63,906 bases of DNA, filler included, from Neoconidiobolus thromboides FSU 785 (GCA_025603075.1; 10 parts of 10 records of this genome joined end to end with filler, not necessarily neighbours in it), one strand, 5' to 3'. Counted from the first letter of the whole stretch, positions 23,077 through 36,125 are shown. Program-made: numbers and translations. Notes: generated by a model from the sequence alone, not told the origin.

Positions 23077-23609
23077 GAAAAAATAATGAAGTCAAAAAAA
23101 ACACCCCCATTTACTAAAGCAAGTAGTTTGTTAAATAATAGAAATCAATTATTAAATGTTAATATTACTTATGTTATTAATAGCTGAGTTAATAAATAGT
23201 CAAAGAACAAGTAACTGTAATAACATATAAAAACTATTATTATATTACGTATACTATATAGGGATGGTTAATTATAATTTTGGGGCTAACCACTCACTCC
23301 CATACAGTTATTTATTAACTTGGCAATATATTAATAATGTAATTACAATATCAAAATAGTTTATTTATTTGATAATAAATCTACAATGTTAGTTATAAAG
23401 CAGTCAATAATAAATATTTCTCAATAAAATTTTATAAGAACACGTATTTAAGATCTAGTAGAAATTCAACTAACTTACAGTATGAGCTATAGTAGAATGA
23501 TTTAGAACTGTGTCGGGTACTTTTGTTTTAATGAAAGATTTGATTTTATAGAATTTTAAGCGAGGTTTTTAAAATTAGATAAAACGATGAAACTAATTCA
23601 GACAACCCT
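23077..23609 (+). mobile_element. 3'-terminal part of the Sola-like transposon including a nested MITE end; inverted copy of 34804-35330
   Basis: First 95 bp are the exact reverse complement of 35236-35330, the rest is highly similar; ends GAAACTAATTCAGACAACCCT. Confidence 0.8.
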
Positions 23610-23909
23610 ACATATTTAATAAGATTATTAATAAATTAAACAATAAAAGTTATATGATAACTTTAAACCTTAAACAAATATAGAAATACAAACAAGACTA
23701 AAAGTCCAATAAATCTAGATCGTTATAATAAACAACCTATATTATATCAGTATTAAGGTTTAGTGTTTATATTTAAAAAATAACAAAAGAATAGGCAAAG
23801 TTTTTATATTATATTTGAAAAATGTGAAAAAAACAAAAATACAAAAAATACGACAATGAACTGTATCATTGTCTAGTATCTAATAAATAAATAGATAAAT
23901 AAAACAATA

Positions 23910-24013
23910 GGGGATGTGTTTTTTGTTTGAGAATTTTACTGGCGAGTTTTCCACCTAAATCTAAATAGCGCTTTAAAAAATAGAAAAAATAATGAAATTA
24001 AAAAAACATCCCC
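23910..24013 (-). mobile_element. MITE copy
   Basis: GGGGATGTGTTTTT...AAAAAACATCCCC. Confidence 0.9.
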
Positions 24014-24131
24014 ATATATTAATAGTATAATTTTTTAGCACCAAAATAGTTTACTTGATAGCAAATCTGTAACACTGGGTATAAAGCAATCAATAATAAA
24101 CGTTTTTTAATGAAGTTTTATAGCAACATCT

Positions 24132-24230
24132 CGGGAGTGTTTTTTTTGACTTTTATTATTTTTTCCATTTTTTAAGCCCTATTTAAGCGAAAAATTTGTT
24201 AGTAAAATTCTTACACAAAAACACATCCCC
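24132..24230 (+). mobile_element. MITE copy
   Basis: Family core; flanks ATCT/ATAT. Confidence 0.9.
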
Positions 24231-24368
24231 ATATCCTCATCTATTTTATTTATTTACACACTATAGCTTTGGTTAATATCAATGGTATATAGGTTATATT
24301 AATAAGAAAGAACCTTGTTGATTCGGGAATTTCTATTAAATTTAAATTTTTTTTGGCTAACTTGGAGT

Positions 24369-24815
24369 TGTGAAATATCGCTTTGTCAGTCCCATGGTTA
24401 ATTGTAGCATAACAATCGCCTAAGCTGTTGTGTTCTCGAGTTCAGAGGAAATCAATCCCATGTTCTTATTTTGATTTGTTATGAGAATTTCTAGCTCCAT
24501 CCAAAAGAATATTATCTTCTCATTTTGATATTTCTACTTTTCAGAGTATAAAAGAGTTTACAGAGTATAATAGTTCGAGGCTTTTTAACTGAATTATTCC
24601 CTGATATCTCGAACATTTAATAAAGCCACTAAGTTTTCTTAATAGTATTTTATGTAGATTTTACATAGTCTATAGCCCCTATTACGTGCTATTTTTCGCA
24701 ATTTAAGTCTATCTTAGTCACATAAACTAAGACCTTTCGACTTATAATGTAATTAACCAGGAAATAACTGTTTTTGACTCCAACCAAACACTGAGTATGA
24801 GTACCAGATTTCACA
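24369..24815 (+). mobile_element. Solo LTR copy
   Basis: TGTGAAATATCGCTTTGTC...GAGTACCAGATTTCACA; collinear with 2599-3069; no matching TSD seen. Confidence 0.75.
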
Positions 24816-24827
24816 GTATAAATTATA

Positions 24828-24950
24828 ATGGAGTGATTTAAAACTGTGTCAAGTCTAGGTAAAGGTATTTTACTCTAATAAATTTATTTTGTAGAATTTA
24901 AGCAGTTTTAACATACAAGATATTTAAAAATCGGATAAAAAAGCGAAGCA
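24828..24950 (+). mobile_element. Fragment of the Sola-like transposon 3' subterminal region
   Basis: Similar to 23495-23590 (GATTTA(G/A)AACTGTGTC...TTTTATAGAATTT(T)AAGC...GATAAAA). Confidence 0.45.
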
Positions 24951-25060
24951 TTTGGCATATTTGATATATTATAGCTTTTAGATTTATTTGGCTAAGGCCG
25001 GTTTGCATCTATATTAATAGCTAAGGTTAAAAGTTATATAAAGAGCAGCTTCAAATATAT

Positions 25061-25160
25061 GGGGGTGTTTTTTTGACTTTGATTACTCTTTCCATTTTTT
25101 AAAGGACTGTTTTGAGTGGAAAATTTGTTGGTGAAATTCTTGGACAAAAAAATACATTCC
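25061..25160 (+). mobile_element. MITE copy
   Basis: Family core; left flank ATAT. Confidence 0.85.
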
Positions 25161-25484
25161 TAATAACTATTATTAAATCATGTTTTTTGTTAACAGTTAT
25201 TAATTTACAATATCGAACTATCAATATAGATTTTCTTCAATATTAAATTAAAATTTACCATTAAAATTTACTATTAAAATTTACTTAATTCACTGAAAGT
25301 AAATTTTGCCCTATTTGTTTTATTAAGTTAATAGTTTTATAATATAAAAGCTTTCTTTGTAAGTAAATTGGAAAAATCACCTGTTTATGAAAAAGCGTTT
25401 GATTTGATTTGGCTTACTCTTTTTTGTTTGTGTTTTATCCGTTTATCACTGACTGACAAATTATTGAACTTGAAAATAATATAT

Positions 25485-25586
25485 GGGGATGTTTTTTTTG
25501 GGTTCCTTATTTTTTCCATGTTTTAAACGCCGCTATTTGAGTAAAAAAATTGTTAGTAAAATTCTTAAATACAAAAATACATTCCC
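25485..25586 (+). mobile_element. MITE copy
   Basis: Flanks ATAT/ATAT. Confidence 0.9.
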
Positions 25587-28500
25587 ATATGGAAATAAAT
25601 TAGCTATTTATTTAGCTTAAGTATTTTTAATTTTTAATTATTAATTTCTATTTTATACTAGTTGTTCATACACAAATATACTATTATTTCACTGTTATAA
25701 AAAATTCAGATTAAAGCCAAAGCTAAAATATGTTTTGTATAAATTTAATGAAATTGAAGTAATACCTTGATAATAACTTTAATTCCGATGAAATAAAATA
25801 AATAAAAAAAAGCAGTTTTTAACAATCATAAAAGGGTCATAAAAGGATCTTGTTGATTTTTTATATACTATTTGAAAAGTCATGAGAAACATAATAGGTT
25901 ATTTGCCTTTAATGTTTTCCTTTTTTCCATACCAGAAAATTATTTCAAAAATGATTATTGTATGCGGAATTTTTTTGTTACAAAGTGTGAGTGTTCAAAG
26001 AAACAAAATACAAGGAGGGCCTGGGTCGGTAGTAAAGTGGAACTAAAAAGACAAACCTTGATAAATTTCGCCTGAGAGACTATCCAGGTATTTTAGATTA
26101 CTTTTAGTGTTCAGAAAGTTTCAAGATATGTAGAGGTTAGCTTTGATGAAATTTAGGAGGTCTTTCCAGAGAAACATTAAATATATTTATGTAAAAAGAA
26201 TAGTTTGTTCATCCATACCTCGCCGCTAATGGTGAAAAGTATTGGTATAGTAGGGTTTTTGATACGAATTAAATTATTATGAGTTTGCAATTTTTATTGG
26301 ACATATACTTGATTATTAAAGATTCCTTTATTAAAAAGTAATCTTAAAATAAATAATAGGCTTTATTAGCTGATTAAAGCTATGGTGAAAGAGATAGTAA
26401 GCTTTATACTAATGAAAGTGCCTAAAAAAGCCACAAATTTAACTCAAAGTGAGATTAAATTTAGCAAAAAAAGGTGAGCCTCCAGGAAGATTATTATAAG
26501 AACCATTATGGGAAAATGAGAACTTTATAGAGGAGATTTGCAAGAGGAAAAAATTTGAGAAAATTCGGTAAAGCTATGAAATCAAAAACAATATTTGTGT
26601 TACTTTCTTTACAGTCGCCAATATTAATCTCTCCATCGTTTAAAGAGTATTTGATGATGGCAAAATTAATAAGAAACGGTTAGCTGTTTTCAAAATAACA
26701 ATAGAAAGTAGAAAATTGATCTCAAGCAAAATGATGACAAAGTAGTATAAGTAACAAACAACATTTAAATTTCATTCTAATAATTAAAAAATTGTTACCA
26801 ATTAATTAGAGGTAAATATTTATTTTAGATGGCTCATTTTGTTAAATTATCTGATCATTTTACTAATTGCAAGTTTTATATAGGTTTAAAATGCTTTTTT
26901 TCATAAAACATAAATTTTCATTATTTACGAAGTATTTTTAATTCATTAAAAATAAGCAAGTAGATAAAAGTACTTTTAAATCAATTAAATGGCCCTACTA
27001 ATTATTTGGTATTTTGTTTATTCTCCATTTAAGGTATTTATATTTATATTTGTAAAATTAAATGATTATTAATAAAAAACAGAATTATTAATTCATGTAC
27101 TATTTATTAACTTCAGCTCTATATTGTGCGAAATTAGTAAACAACCTGGAGGGGAAGGGAGCACCACTTTTTAATTTTAATTTTACTTAAAAAGAATATT
27201 TGTTTTAAAAATATATGCCATATTCAATAGGCTTTAAAATTTATAATAATGCATTAAATTAAACGTTAAAATTAAAATAGATATTCAATGGTAAGTTTCT
27301 CGAATTTCAAGCGCTAACACATTAAAAATGACCTTAAGTTAAAATTGATATCAAAATGAAAGATAACAAAAATATGGTTAAATCTAAAAAAGTCAAATAG
27401 GATTGATTTGATTTAGCATTAAAAAAAATTATAATGTCCAAGCTCTAATGATTTTTAGTGAATATTAAACAATACCACAATCAACTTATACCTTTTAGTT
27501 TTAAGAGAACAAGGGAGGAGTCATTTGTAGAATATGTATCAAGTTCAAGTTGCACCACAGGCTTTTGGATTGTAAACTAGAGTGTATCTCTCCTTTTAGC
27601 TTTTTTATATTTTAAAATGGGAATTACTTGAAGTTGACAAATCTTGGCTATTTTAGTAGAGCTTCCAACTTCAAAAAGCAAAAAAAAAGCGCTGAAGTTT
27701 TTAACAAAATAGCTTGCTTTTTCATCCATTAATTTTTAATCATTATTAATAAAGTATTTGATTTTGTATAATTCTCAAAAGATTTAGATATGAGATACTA
27801 ACTATATTCAGACATAACCAGAGCTACTTGTATGTACACTCTCTGTAATTTTTATTATATGATTGAAAAACTTTAAAATTTAAAAAGACATTAACTTTTT
27901 ATTCCTTACTTATTATTTTTGATAAATATATAGCTTATTAAATAGTATAAATTAAAAATCAAATTATGGAAAATTAAATTATTTGTAATAAAATAACATG
28001 GATTTTTGATTAAAAGCTTGATTGAGAGGTTTATTTTAAATAACTCATACTTGCTACGCATACATGAATTATTAGTATTGGACTGCATGGCTTTGAGTTT
28101 TATTTGAGTTAAATGCCATCATAATAATACATAAAGTGAAAAAACACTCCCAGGATTTTCATATCTATAGCATGATTCATAAGGTTTGGGAATTTTCAAC
28201 TCCCTTATTTTCATTAATTTATATTTATCTGGGGTGGGGGGAAGTACCAAATGCATATTTAAAAACAAATTAGAAAGCCTGAGAAGTAAATATCTTTTGT
28301 CAAACCATCAGTATAGATTGCATAAACAAAATATTCTCTTATAAAGTTGGTAAGTATCGAGGAGTTGCTATAATTGTTTGTGATTTTGTTAGTATCAGTG
28401 TTTTGTGAATACTAATTTTAAATGTGTCTTTTAAATTTGTTAATAAATGATTAACATATTTGTTAACTTTGGTAGCTTCTTCATAGCTAATTTTATTAAA

Positions 28501-28869
28501 TCCTTATTCTTAATGTGATATGGGAGCCAAGGCCAGAAAGTAGAAAAACTTCCCCCATTATAATAACAAAATGTTTAATCAGTTACAACAAACCCAGAAA
28601 GAGCATGCTTAATATTCACTTGAAATTAATTCTAAAATACCATATGCTTTTGGACGGGGGAATTGTTAATATGGTTGTTCCTCTCAAAAAACGATTATTT
28701 ACAAGCCAAATATTTTAAACACTGGATTAATATGATAAATAAAACTCCCCCCTTCTTGGCTTCATAACATTATATTAAAAGGAATAAATTTGATTGTTCA
28801 AATTCTAACTCACATTAAGAATTGTATTTTTTCTCATCTATAAAATTTATAAGATTATCTAATAGGTAC

Positions 28870-29930
28870 ATAATCCTATTATATATCAAGAATCCTTTCG
28901 AATGCTAAAATTGCCATTGGTTTCGAAAAAACAATCCAAACATCTGAATATTTCGGTATTCATTGGAATTGATTTTGAGTGTTTGAAATTTGTCTGTTAA
29001 TATTAATATCTTTTTTTAGTTGAAATGTGTTAAAATGGACTTTTTTTAGGATCCGAGAATTAAGTTTTTGTGTTTTTTGTAAAATCTTAATCTCTTTTGA
29101 AATTACTTCTAATAATGTCATGTCCCCATGTACTTCAACTTCATACAGCTTTGGCAACTGATATTATGTTGCTAGTTGCTGTTAAACAGGTTTGGTTTGT
29201 ATAGTTATAGAATTGAGTTTACACTTTTATATTCTGCTTTCTATACTTAAGTTTAGTTAGTAATAGGCCACAGCCGAAATAATCCATAGGAATAAAGATA
29301 TTGGATCCCCCTTTGTTCTAATCCATGTGTTACAGTGTATTCATTGATATGGCCCATGAAAGACCTTCGTTTTGGAATTTCTGTGTAAAATTAAAAACTT
29401 AAATCTATAAATTCACAAATTTCTCAGAGAAGAGGTTTAAACCTTTTTAAAGCTTTGATTAAAGATTCCCAAGTTTTACACAGAAATCGCAACCTTAGAA
29501 ATACCTAAAAAAATAATAATGGACTTTATATTTAAATGTATCTATTGTCAATCGTAAAATTAAACTTGTTCACGAATGATTTTGGTTTTATTTACTAAAA
29601 CCAAAATTTGTGTTTATAAAGATATCTCTATTGTTACATACTTTTAGGATCCCATTAACTAAAATTGAAAATAACAAACTTTCAGTGGGTTTCTAATAAA
29701 GCTATTGGTCCAAAGCATTGTTACACATCTAATTAATTTTTATCTTTCATGTATAAGTGTTATAATTTCTAATTTTATAAATTGGATTTGGAAAGGGGTG
29801 CTTTTTCATCTTTACTAAAGTTGAAGCTAAATTTGACAAGAAATTAGACATTGACATTTGCTAAGTGCTTTTTTCCAAAACTTATTTGAATTCTCAATAT
29901 TACCCCCGGTATATTTATCAGCTTTGAAGT
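28870..29930 (-). pseudogene. Decayed non-LTR retrotransposon (LINE) reverse transcriptase
   Basis: Ordered motifs across frameshifts: NKFWKK, IITLIH, FGPIALLETH*KF (cf. xRPIxLLxxDYK), TNFGF, FLGISK...TWESLIKAF (cf. LDxxKAYDSVxW), GLEQ/GDPISLFLW (cf. GxxQGDPxSPxLF), VHGDMTLL (YADD position). Confidence 0.7.
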
Positions 29931-30085
29931 GATAATTTAAATATGCCTAAAGTTGTTTAATATAATCGATAATTTTGGTTTATGATTTGGATTTATAACC
30001 ACATAATTTTGAAAATAGCTAAATCTCATTTCGTTTATTATACGGATTATGGTTTTTTCATCTATAATTCCATACTTTGACTTTT

Positions 30086-30194
30086 GGGGGACATATTTTT
30101 GTGTCTAAGAAACTTTGTTAATAATTTTCTTACTCAAATGGATGGGGGCGGCTCTTAAAAGATAGAAAAAGTGATGAGCCCAAAAAACACCCCC
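30086..30194 (-). mobile_element. MITE copy
   Basis: GGGGGACATATTTTT...AAAAAACACCCCC; flanks TTTT/ATTT. Confidence 0.8.
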
Positions 30195-30299
30195 ATTTGT
30201 TTTCAAAAAGTCCTTAGTGTAAAGTTTTCTTTTAGGTGAATTCCGCTGAAGTGTTTCTCTAAAATCTACAAAAGATGTATTCAAAAGTTGATCTTCTTA

Positions 30300-32500
30300 C
30301 ATTAATGCCTTTTTTCTATTCCTGTTGTAAAATAATATTGATTGAAATTTTGTTGTCGTGTGAAATAAGTTTTCCTTAATCATTAATTTTGGTGATTTTT
30401 TCAATAGATTGCGATAATAAATACTCTGGTTCCTGCTTTTTAATAATTCAGAACAATTTTTTCCATATAGTTGTTTCTTTTGTGATCTTTTTTGTATTTT
30501 TATTGGTTTTTTAATTACATCAGTTCTTATTTTGCTCCATGATTGTGTTTTGAAAGCACATTATCATCATTACAAATTTTAGATTAAAACAATTTCATAT
30601 TTTATCAATTATATTCTTGAGTATTAAAACATTGAAACTTCTGTCAATCAATTTATGTCTTGTTACTTTTTTGAATCTTTCTAAATATCGCGGTTGAATT
30701 GATCCATGGTAAGTCAAAAAGTAAATATCAATATCCTGTGGATTTGAAGTATTTATTCACATCCCCTTGTCAATTTTACCTTATAAGAGCATATCAGCTT
30801 ATGTCTTAAACACTACCACATAATTCACAGGTATGTACAATTGATTTATCATACATAAACTCTCAAGTATTAATAAGATTGGTTGCATTAGCAATAATAT
30901 GGTTTATAAAATCAACCGCCTCTTTCATTTGTTTAGTTTGGCTCCATTGTTTGTATCCACATTCTTCAATGTCTCTATAATCAAATTATTTAAATAACTC
31001 ATAGTTTGGCCTTTTGATAACGGACATTATGTGAAAGTTTCATGATCAACTTTTGATAAAGTTATAAATCCAACAAAATAAATGGATTTTGAGCTGAAGT
31101 TAAATTTGACTAAATAAATAGCAGTTTGAAATAACAGTTTTTGAAATTATTCGGTCATTCCAACATTTATCAAAAATAGTAACTATTATATACCTCTATT
31201 TATATTGGACTTGAATCATGTGAAGAATATATAAATTAAGTTTACATTTCTTCAATCTGTTTTAATTGTACATATTTTTAGAGACAAAATCTTGTTTTCA
31301 TATTAAGATAAAAAAGGTATATCAGTATAAAAATTGTGTTTTGCTTTATTATTTTATTAACATTGGGATTTTCACAATATTCTTTTATTTTAAGATTAAT
31401 ATTAACTGCCGGACCATCTCCAATTAAGTTGCTTTTATTTGAACATGGGAGATATTACGTCCGTTGCTAGTGTATGTCAAATTTAAAGTCAAAATAAATA
31501 TACAAATCAAGGTAATATTGTTTGTTTAGAATTTTATTTAGAATATCTATTAATCATTCAATAATAGAAGTTTCCTATCTGTTTGATTATCCTACATTCC
31601 ATCCCGTCTCATCTCTTATCTCATCCCATTGATTCACTGTTCTCCCCTCCCATCTTTAGAATCAGACTTATTTTCAGGTATCCCTTAGAAACATTTTTAT
31701 ACCTCACTCTTGATATTTTATGAATTAAATGTTTCTTAAGAGAATGAGATAATTGGATTGAGACATGATTTATCTGAAAAATGTAATCCATGTTTCAAGC
31801 TTTGTAATAATAGCACTTTGATCTTTTAACAGTTTCTGAAAAAATCTCACGGCAAACCCTATATTATACATAAAAGCAAGGTCCAGAGAGTCATAAGTAA
31901 TGGGAGGCTGAAATTTTGGGGCAATTGTATTTCCTTAGTTTCTTTGAATAGAGGGGGAGGGGTTTTGAGATTTTACACTGAAAATACACTTTGGAATTTT
32001 AATGCTCTGTTCTGTTGAGGACAGTATTAACATTAGTGGTAAAATGCTCACTTTTTTGTCTTACTTCTATGCTTTATTAGAGTGGACAGTTCTACTAAAT
32101 GAGAAGAAATTAACAATAAAGGAAGTACTTCTTAGTCCATCTAAAAGTGCTTTTACTTTTAAGTAGGAGATTATTTCAGTTTCTCAAATCCAGAAGATTT
32201 TAAAACATAAGATTGAATTTTTTATACCCAGTATCCAATCTGAGAAAGTAATAAATTTTCTAAAGGTAAAATAAAATGTCATGTATATCAATGGCAGTAA
32301 CTACTTTAAAAACAATATAATTATGGGTGTTCTTCTCATTACTTTCCTCTGAATAAAATTTGGAATATTCAGTGTCTAATAGTTTTTTCGACTTATTAGG
32401 AGAGATATCCACTTTTATTTTTAGTAACCCAATTGACTAAAATAGAGTATAAACCTCAGTTTGTTAACTTGAGTATTAGATAGGCGGGGAGTTCCTCCAT
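30300..32500 (-). pseudogene. Possible decayed 3' half of a second LINE copy
   Basis: Broken-frame peptides GLLKIKVDISPNKSKKL, KDQSAIITKLETWI and HTCELCGSV, in an order compatible with RT end, post-RT region and C-terminal zinc finger; weak. Confidence 0.25.
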
Positions 32501-33190
32501 TATGGACAAAAAGAAATGTTATGATATCAATTTGGTTATTTTTTTGAATAACTAAGTACTAAGTAAACCTTATATAAATTGTACTTTTTTATATGGTCTA
32601 AATAAAACTTAAGGGTGTGGTTGGCTGTATTTAGCTTATTTTGGAGGTAAAATGTAAAAAAATTGTTGTTTACTAATTGAACTTAAATGCGGTAATAAAT
32701 TTTGCACTGAATAAGTTTTATAAATCATAAATTGAAATTAAATAAAATAAAATCACCAAATAAACTGACTTATTATGTAAAGTTGAAATTACTAAATAGA
32801 AAGTTTAGTTCATTAAATTTGAACTTTGAATTAATTTTAAAAAAACTGTATTAGGAGATTTTTTGACTTAAAAGTTGAAAAAAGTAAAAACAACAATCGG
32901 CTTTAAACCAAATTACTATAAAAAGAAAATTGAAAAGTGAAGCGATAAAAGAGAAATTTATGTTTTGTTAAGCCAAGCGCTTTTAGCATCGGGGACCCCC
33001 CACGGAACTATTTTTAAAATGTAACTTTATAAAAACATAAATCAATTAAAGAAAGCATATCATTTTAAAAGAGCTGAATTTCAACTTTATTATAAATATA
33101 TTTAATTAAACATAAACTTATTAATTCCAAATACTTTTTCATTTTATCAACTATGAAAATTATAAAATAATTTTAATTTGGGTTCAATAT

Positions 33191-33301
33191 GCGGGTGTTT
33201 TTTTTCATTATTTTTTCTATCTTTCAATTTCAAGTGCTATATCTATCTATTTGAGCGAAAAATTTGTTAATAAAATTCTTAAAACACAAAAATACATCAT
33301 C
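33191..33301 (+). mobile_element. MITE copy
   Basis: Family core with a small internal ATCT expansion; right end decayed. Confidence 0.75.
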
Positions 33302-33428
33302 AACCATACTTTTTATTCTAAATTATAATCTAATTCAACAAATTTAACTCAGAATAAAACTATTTGATTTTAAATAACTAAATAGATCATTTTTGAATTA
33401 TCTTAAAACAAATATAAAGGGAGATTAT

Positions 33429-33515
33429 GGGGGGGCTTATTTTTGTACTTGGATCTTACTAGCAAATTTTATACTTCAAACGCGCTTAAAAAATGGAAAA
33501 AGTAATGAAGACAAT
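33429..33515 (-). mobile_element. Partial MITE copy
   Basis: GGGGGGGCTTATTTTTG...CGCGCTTAAAAAATGGAAAAAGTAATGAAG; right end missing. Confidence 0.65.
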
Positions 33516-33887
33516 AAATAATCAATTAGATTAATTTAAAAATTTCAATCCCAAACTGTTACGGTATTTGTGTATTTAATTTAATCAAAAAGTCTTTCTT
33601 TACCTTGTTAGTGAAAATTGCTAAAATCTGCAAATTTTTACTTTTTATAAAAAAAATAATTCAAAAGGGGTAAAATAATATGATTATTAACTTAATCAAT
33701 ACCTTTATTATTATTAGAAAATTACTTTTATTATTATAGATACAATAAATCACAAAAACATGATTAAATATAAAACAAATTAAGCTGAAGTAAAATTATC
33801 AATACCAATTTGAATGAAAAGGTTATAAAAAAGTATGTATGGACTACTTTTAAACTGATACAAAGAGGGAAAGTTTGAGAAATAAAT

Positions 33888-33986
33888 GGGGGTCCTTTTT
33901 TGGCTCTCATTATTTTTTCCATTTTAAGCGCTATTTGAGCGGGGGAAAATTATTAGCAAAATTGTTAAACACAGAAATACATCCCC
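33888..33986 (+). mobile_element. MITE copy
   Basis: Flanks AAAT/AAAT. Confidence 0.9.
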
Positions 33987-34027
33987 AAATATAATAAAAA
34001 AATAACAGAAAAGAAAAATTGATATAT

Positions 34028-34125
34028 GGTGACGTTTTTTTGACTTCATTATTTTTTCCATCTTTAAAGTAACTATTTGGGTGGAAAATTGTTAGCAAAG
34101 TTCTTAAATACAAAAACACATTCCC
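34028..34125 (+). mobile_element. MITE copy
   Basis: Flanks ATAT/ATAT; the right ATAT is shared with the element starting at 34130. Confidence 0.9.
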
Positions 34126-34129
34126 ATAT

Positions 34130-34799
34130 GGGGCTGTCCTAATTGGTTTCAGAATCTACTTAGAAATTAATCCAAATTTAAAATTTCAAGTTTGTGTCCA
34201 ATATAACGGTTAAATCTAAAAAGCCTAAAATTAAATGTCTCTATTTAAAACTTATTTTAATTGTTTCCTTTTCTTAAATCTTAAATAGCTAATTTTTCTA
34301 ACTATATATTTTATGTTAGTTCTGTTAGATATTTAACAGATATATAATATATAACTATATAATTATATAATTATATAAATACACTTATTCGACTTTATTT
34401 TCTGTTGAAATAAAAATAAAATGCAAACTTTCATAACTAAACTTTCGAATCGAATTTTTCAAAATTTCAATATAATAGGGAGGAGTACACAATATAAACA
34501 TTGTAATTCGTTTACATCAATTTTAAGAGCTACTTATAACAACCCAAGGTTTATGGAATTTTATAATAAAACAAAACAAAGAAAAGATATATTATCAAAG
34601 TTTACTATCGATAATAATAAACTTAATCAAGTAATGTATAAAATTAGTGCTTTAAGGGAAACAGGAAACAAAAATCAACAAGTAGCGTTATTATCAACTA
34701 TAGCTTCAGGTATATTCTTTTGATGAATGTAAGAGTTTTGGGTTTAATATAAATAGAAATCAATATGATTATTCAGAAATAAGTAATAATAGTAGTAAA
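34130..34799 (+). mobile_element. Putative 5' end of the autonomous Sola-like transposon, with a 100-aa ORF (34421-34723)
   Basis: Starts ATAT|GGGGCTGTCCTAATTGGTTTCAG, similar to the terminus at 34804 (GGGGTTGTCTGAATTAGTTTCAT); same start repeated at 35879. That the ORF is the transposase N-terminus is inference. Confidence 0.5.
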
Positions 34800-34803
34800 A
34801 TAT

Positions 34804-35878
34804 GGGGTTGTCTGAATTAGTTTCATTATTTTATCTAATTTTAAAAACTTCGCTTAAAATTCTATAAAATCAAATCTTTCATTAAAACAAAAGTACCCAA
34901 ACATAGTTCTAAATCATTATATTATAGCTTATACTGTAAGTTAGTTGAATTTCTACTAGATCTTAAATACGTGTTCTTATAAAATTTTATTGAGAAATAT
35001 TTATTATTGACTGCTTTATAACTAACATTGTAGATTTATTATCAAATAAATAAACTATTTTGATATTATAATTACATTATTAATATATTGCCAAGTTAAT
35101 AAATAGCTGCATGGGAGGGAGTGGTTAGCCCCAAAACTATAATTAATCATCCCTATATAGTACAAGTAATAATAGTTTTTACATATTATTACAGTTACTG
35201 TTCTTTGCTATTTATCAACTTGGCTATTAATAACTTAAGTAATATTAACATTTAATAATTGATTTCTATTATTTAACAAACTACTTGCTTTAGTAAATGG
35301 GGGTGTTTTTTTTGACTTCATTATTTTTTCCATTTTTTAAGTGCTATTTAAGTGGAAAATTTGTTAGTAAAATTCTTAAACACAAAAGTACATCCCCAAA
35401 TATTGAAATTTTAAATTCTCTGTTATTTTTATGAGGTAAACTGGGATTGATCTTTTAATTTTTCTATTTTCTATAGACCTTATAGCTTTGATTATAATAT
35501 ATCACTTTTTTGATATATCAGATACTGGATAACAATATAGCTTATTATTATGTTTAATAACATGTAAATACTTCTTAATACCTTGCATCTCTATTATTCT
35601 TTTTGTATTTTTGTTTATTTTATACTTTTTAAAAATTATATCTGTTTTCCCATTATTAATAGTCGAGTTATTAATTTTATTATGCTCACAAATAAAAGCC
35701 TCAAATCTTGAAATTAATTGATTGATATCTTCTATTTTGCCTAATGCTTCAAAACTACTTTTCCATTTTGAAAGGTTTCCAAAATGTCCATCAATTATAC
35801 TCTTTCCATGATCCTCAGCAAAAAAATTAAGATTAACATTCAAACTACTATTTATTTTATGAATTTCTTTAAACATAT
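34804..35878 (-). mobile_element. 3' portion of a Sola-like DNA transposon with a truncated DDD transposase (ORF 35502-35876)
   Basis: Terminus ATAT|GGGGTTGTC; transposase motif NLNFFAEDHGKSIIDGHFGNLSKW; homolog at 56458-57555. Confidence 0.7.
35299..35397 (+). mobile_element. MITE copy nested in the transposon
   Basis: Flanks AAAT/AAAT; absent at the homologous position (~57010) of the other copy. Confidence 0.92.
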
Positions 35879-35934
35879 GGGGCTGTCCTAATTGGTTTCA
35901 GAATCTACTTAGAAATTAATCCAAATTTAAAATT
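35879..35934 (+). mobile_element. Second copy of the putative transposon 5' end, cut by gap
   Basis: Identical to 34130-34185; lies at an ATAT inside the transposase gene. Confidence 0.6.
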
Positions 35935-36034
35935 NNNNNNNNNNNNNNNNNNNNNNNNNNNNNNNNNNNNNNNNNNNNTTAATTAATTAANNNNNNNNNN
36001 NNNNNNNNNNNNNNNNNNNNNNNNNNNNNNNNNN

Positions 36035-36125
36035 GAAATTCTCTAACAATATATTTTCCAAGCTCACCAGTACCACCTACAATAGCTACACTCCTATATT
36101 CTTTTGGAATAGTATTTAAAGCCAT
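36035..36125 (-). CDS. NmrA/isoflavone-reductase-like NAD(P)-binding protein, N-terminal fragment
   Basis: MALNTIPKEYRSVAIVGGTGELGKYIVREF; Rossmann GxxGxxG motif; cut by gap. Confidence 0.7.

Noticed and set aside
25872-26700. GC-richer stretch with KKGEPPG...YYK, faintly like the LINE KxPGxDG motif
   Set aside because: A single weak motif needing frameshifts; probably an old element but not supportable.
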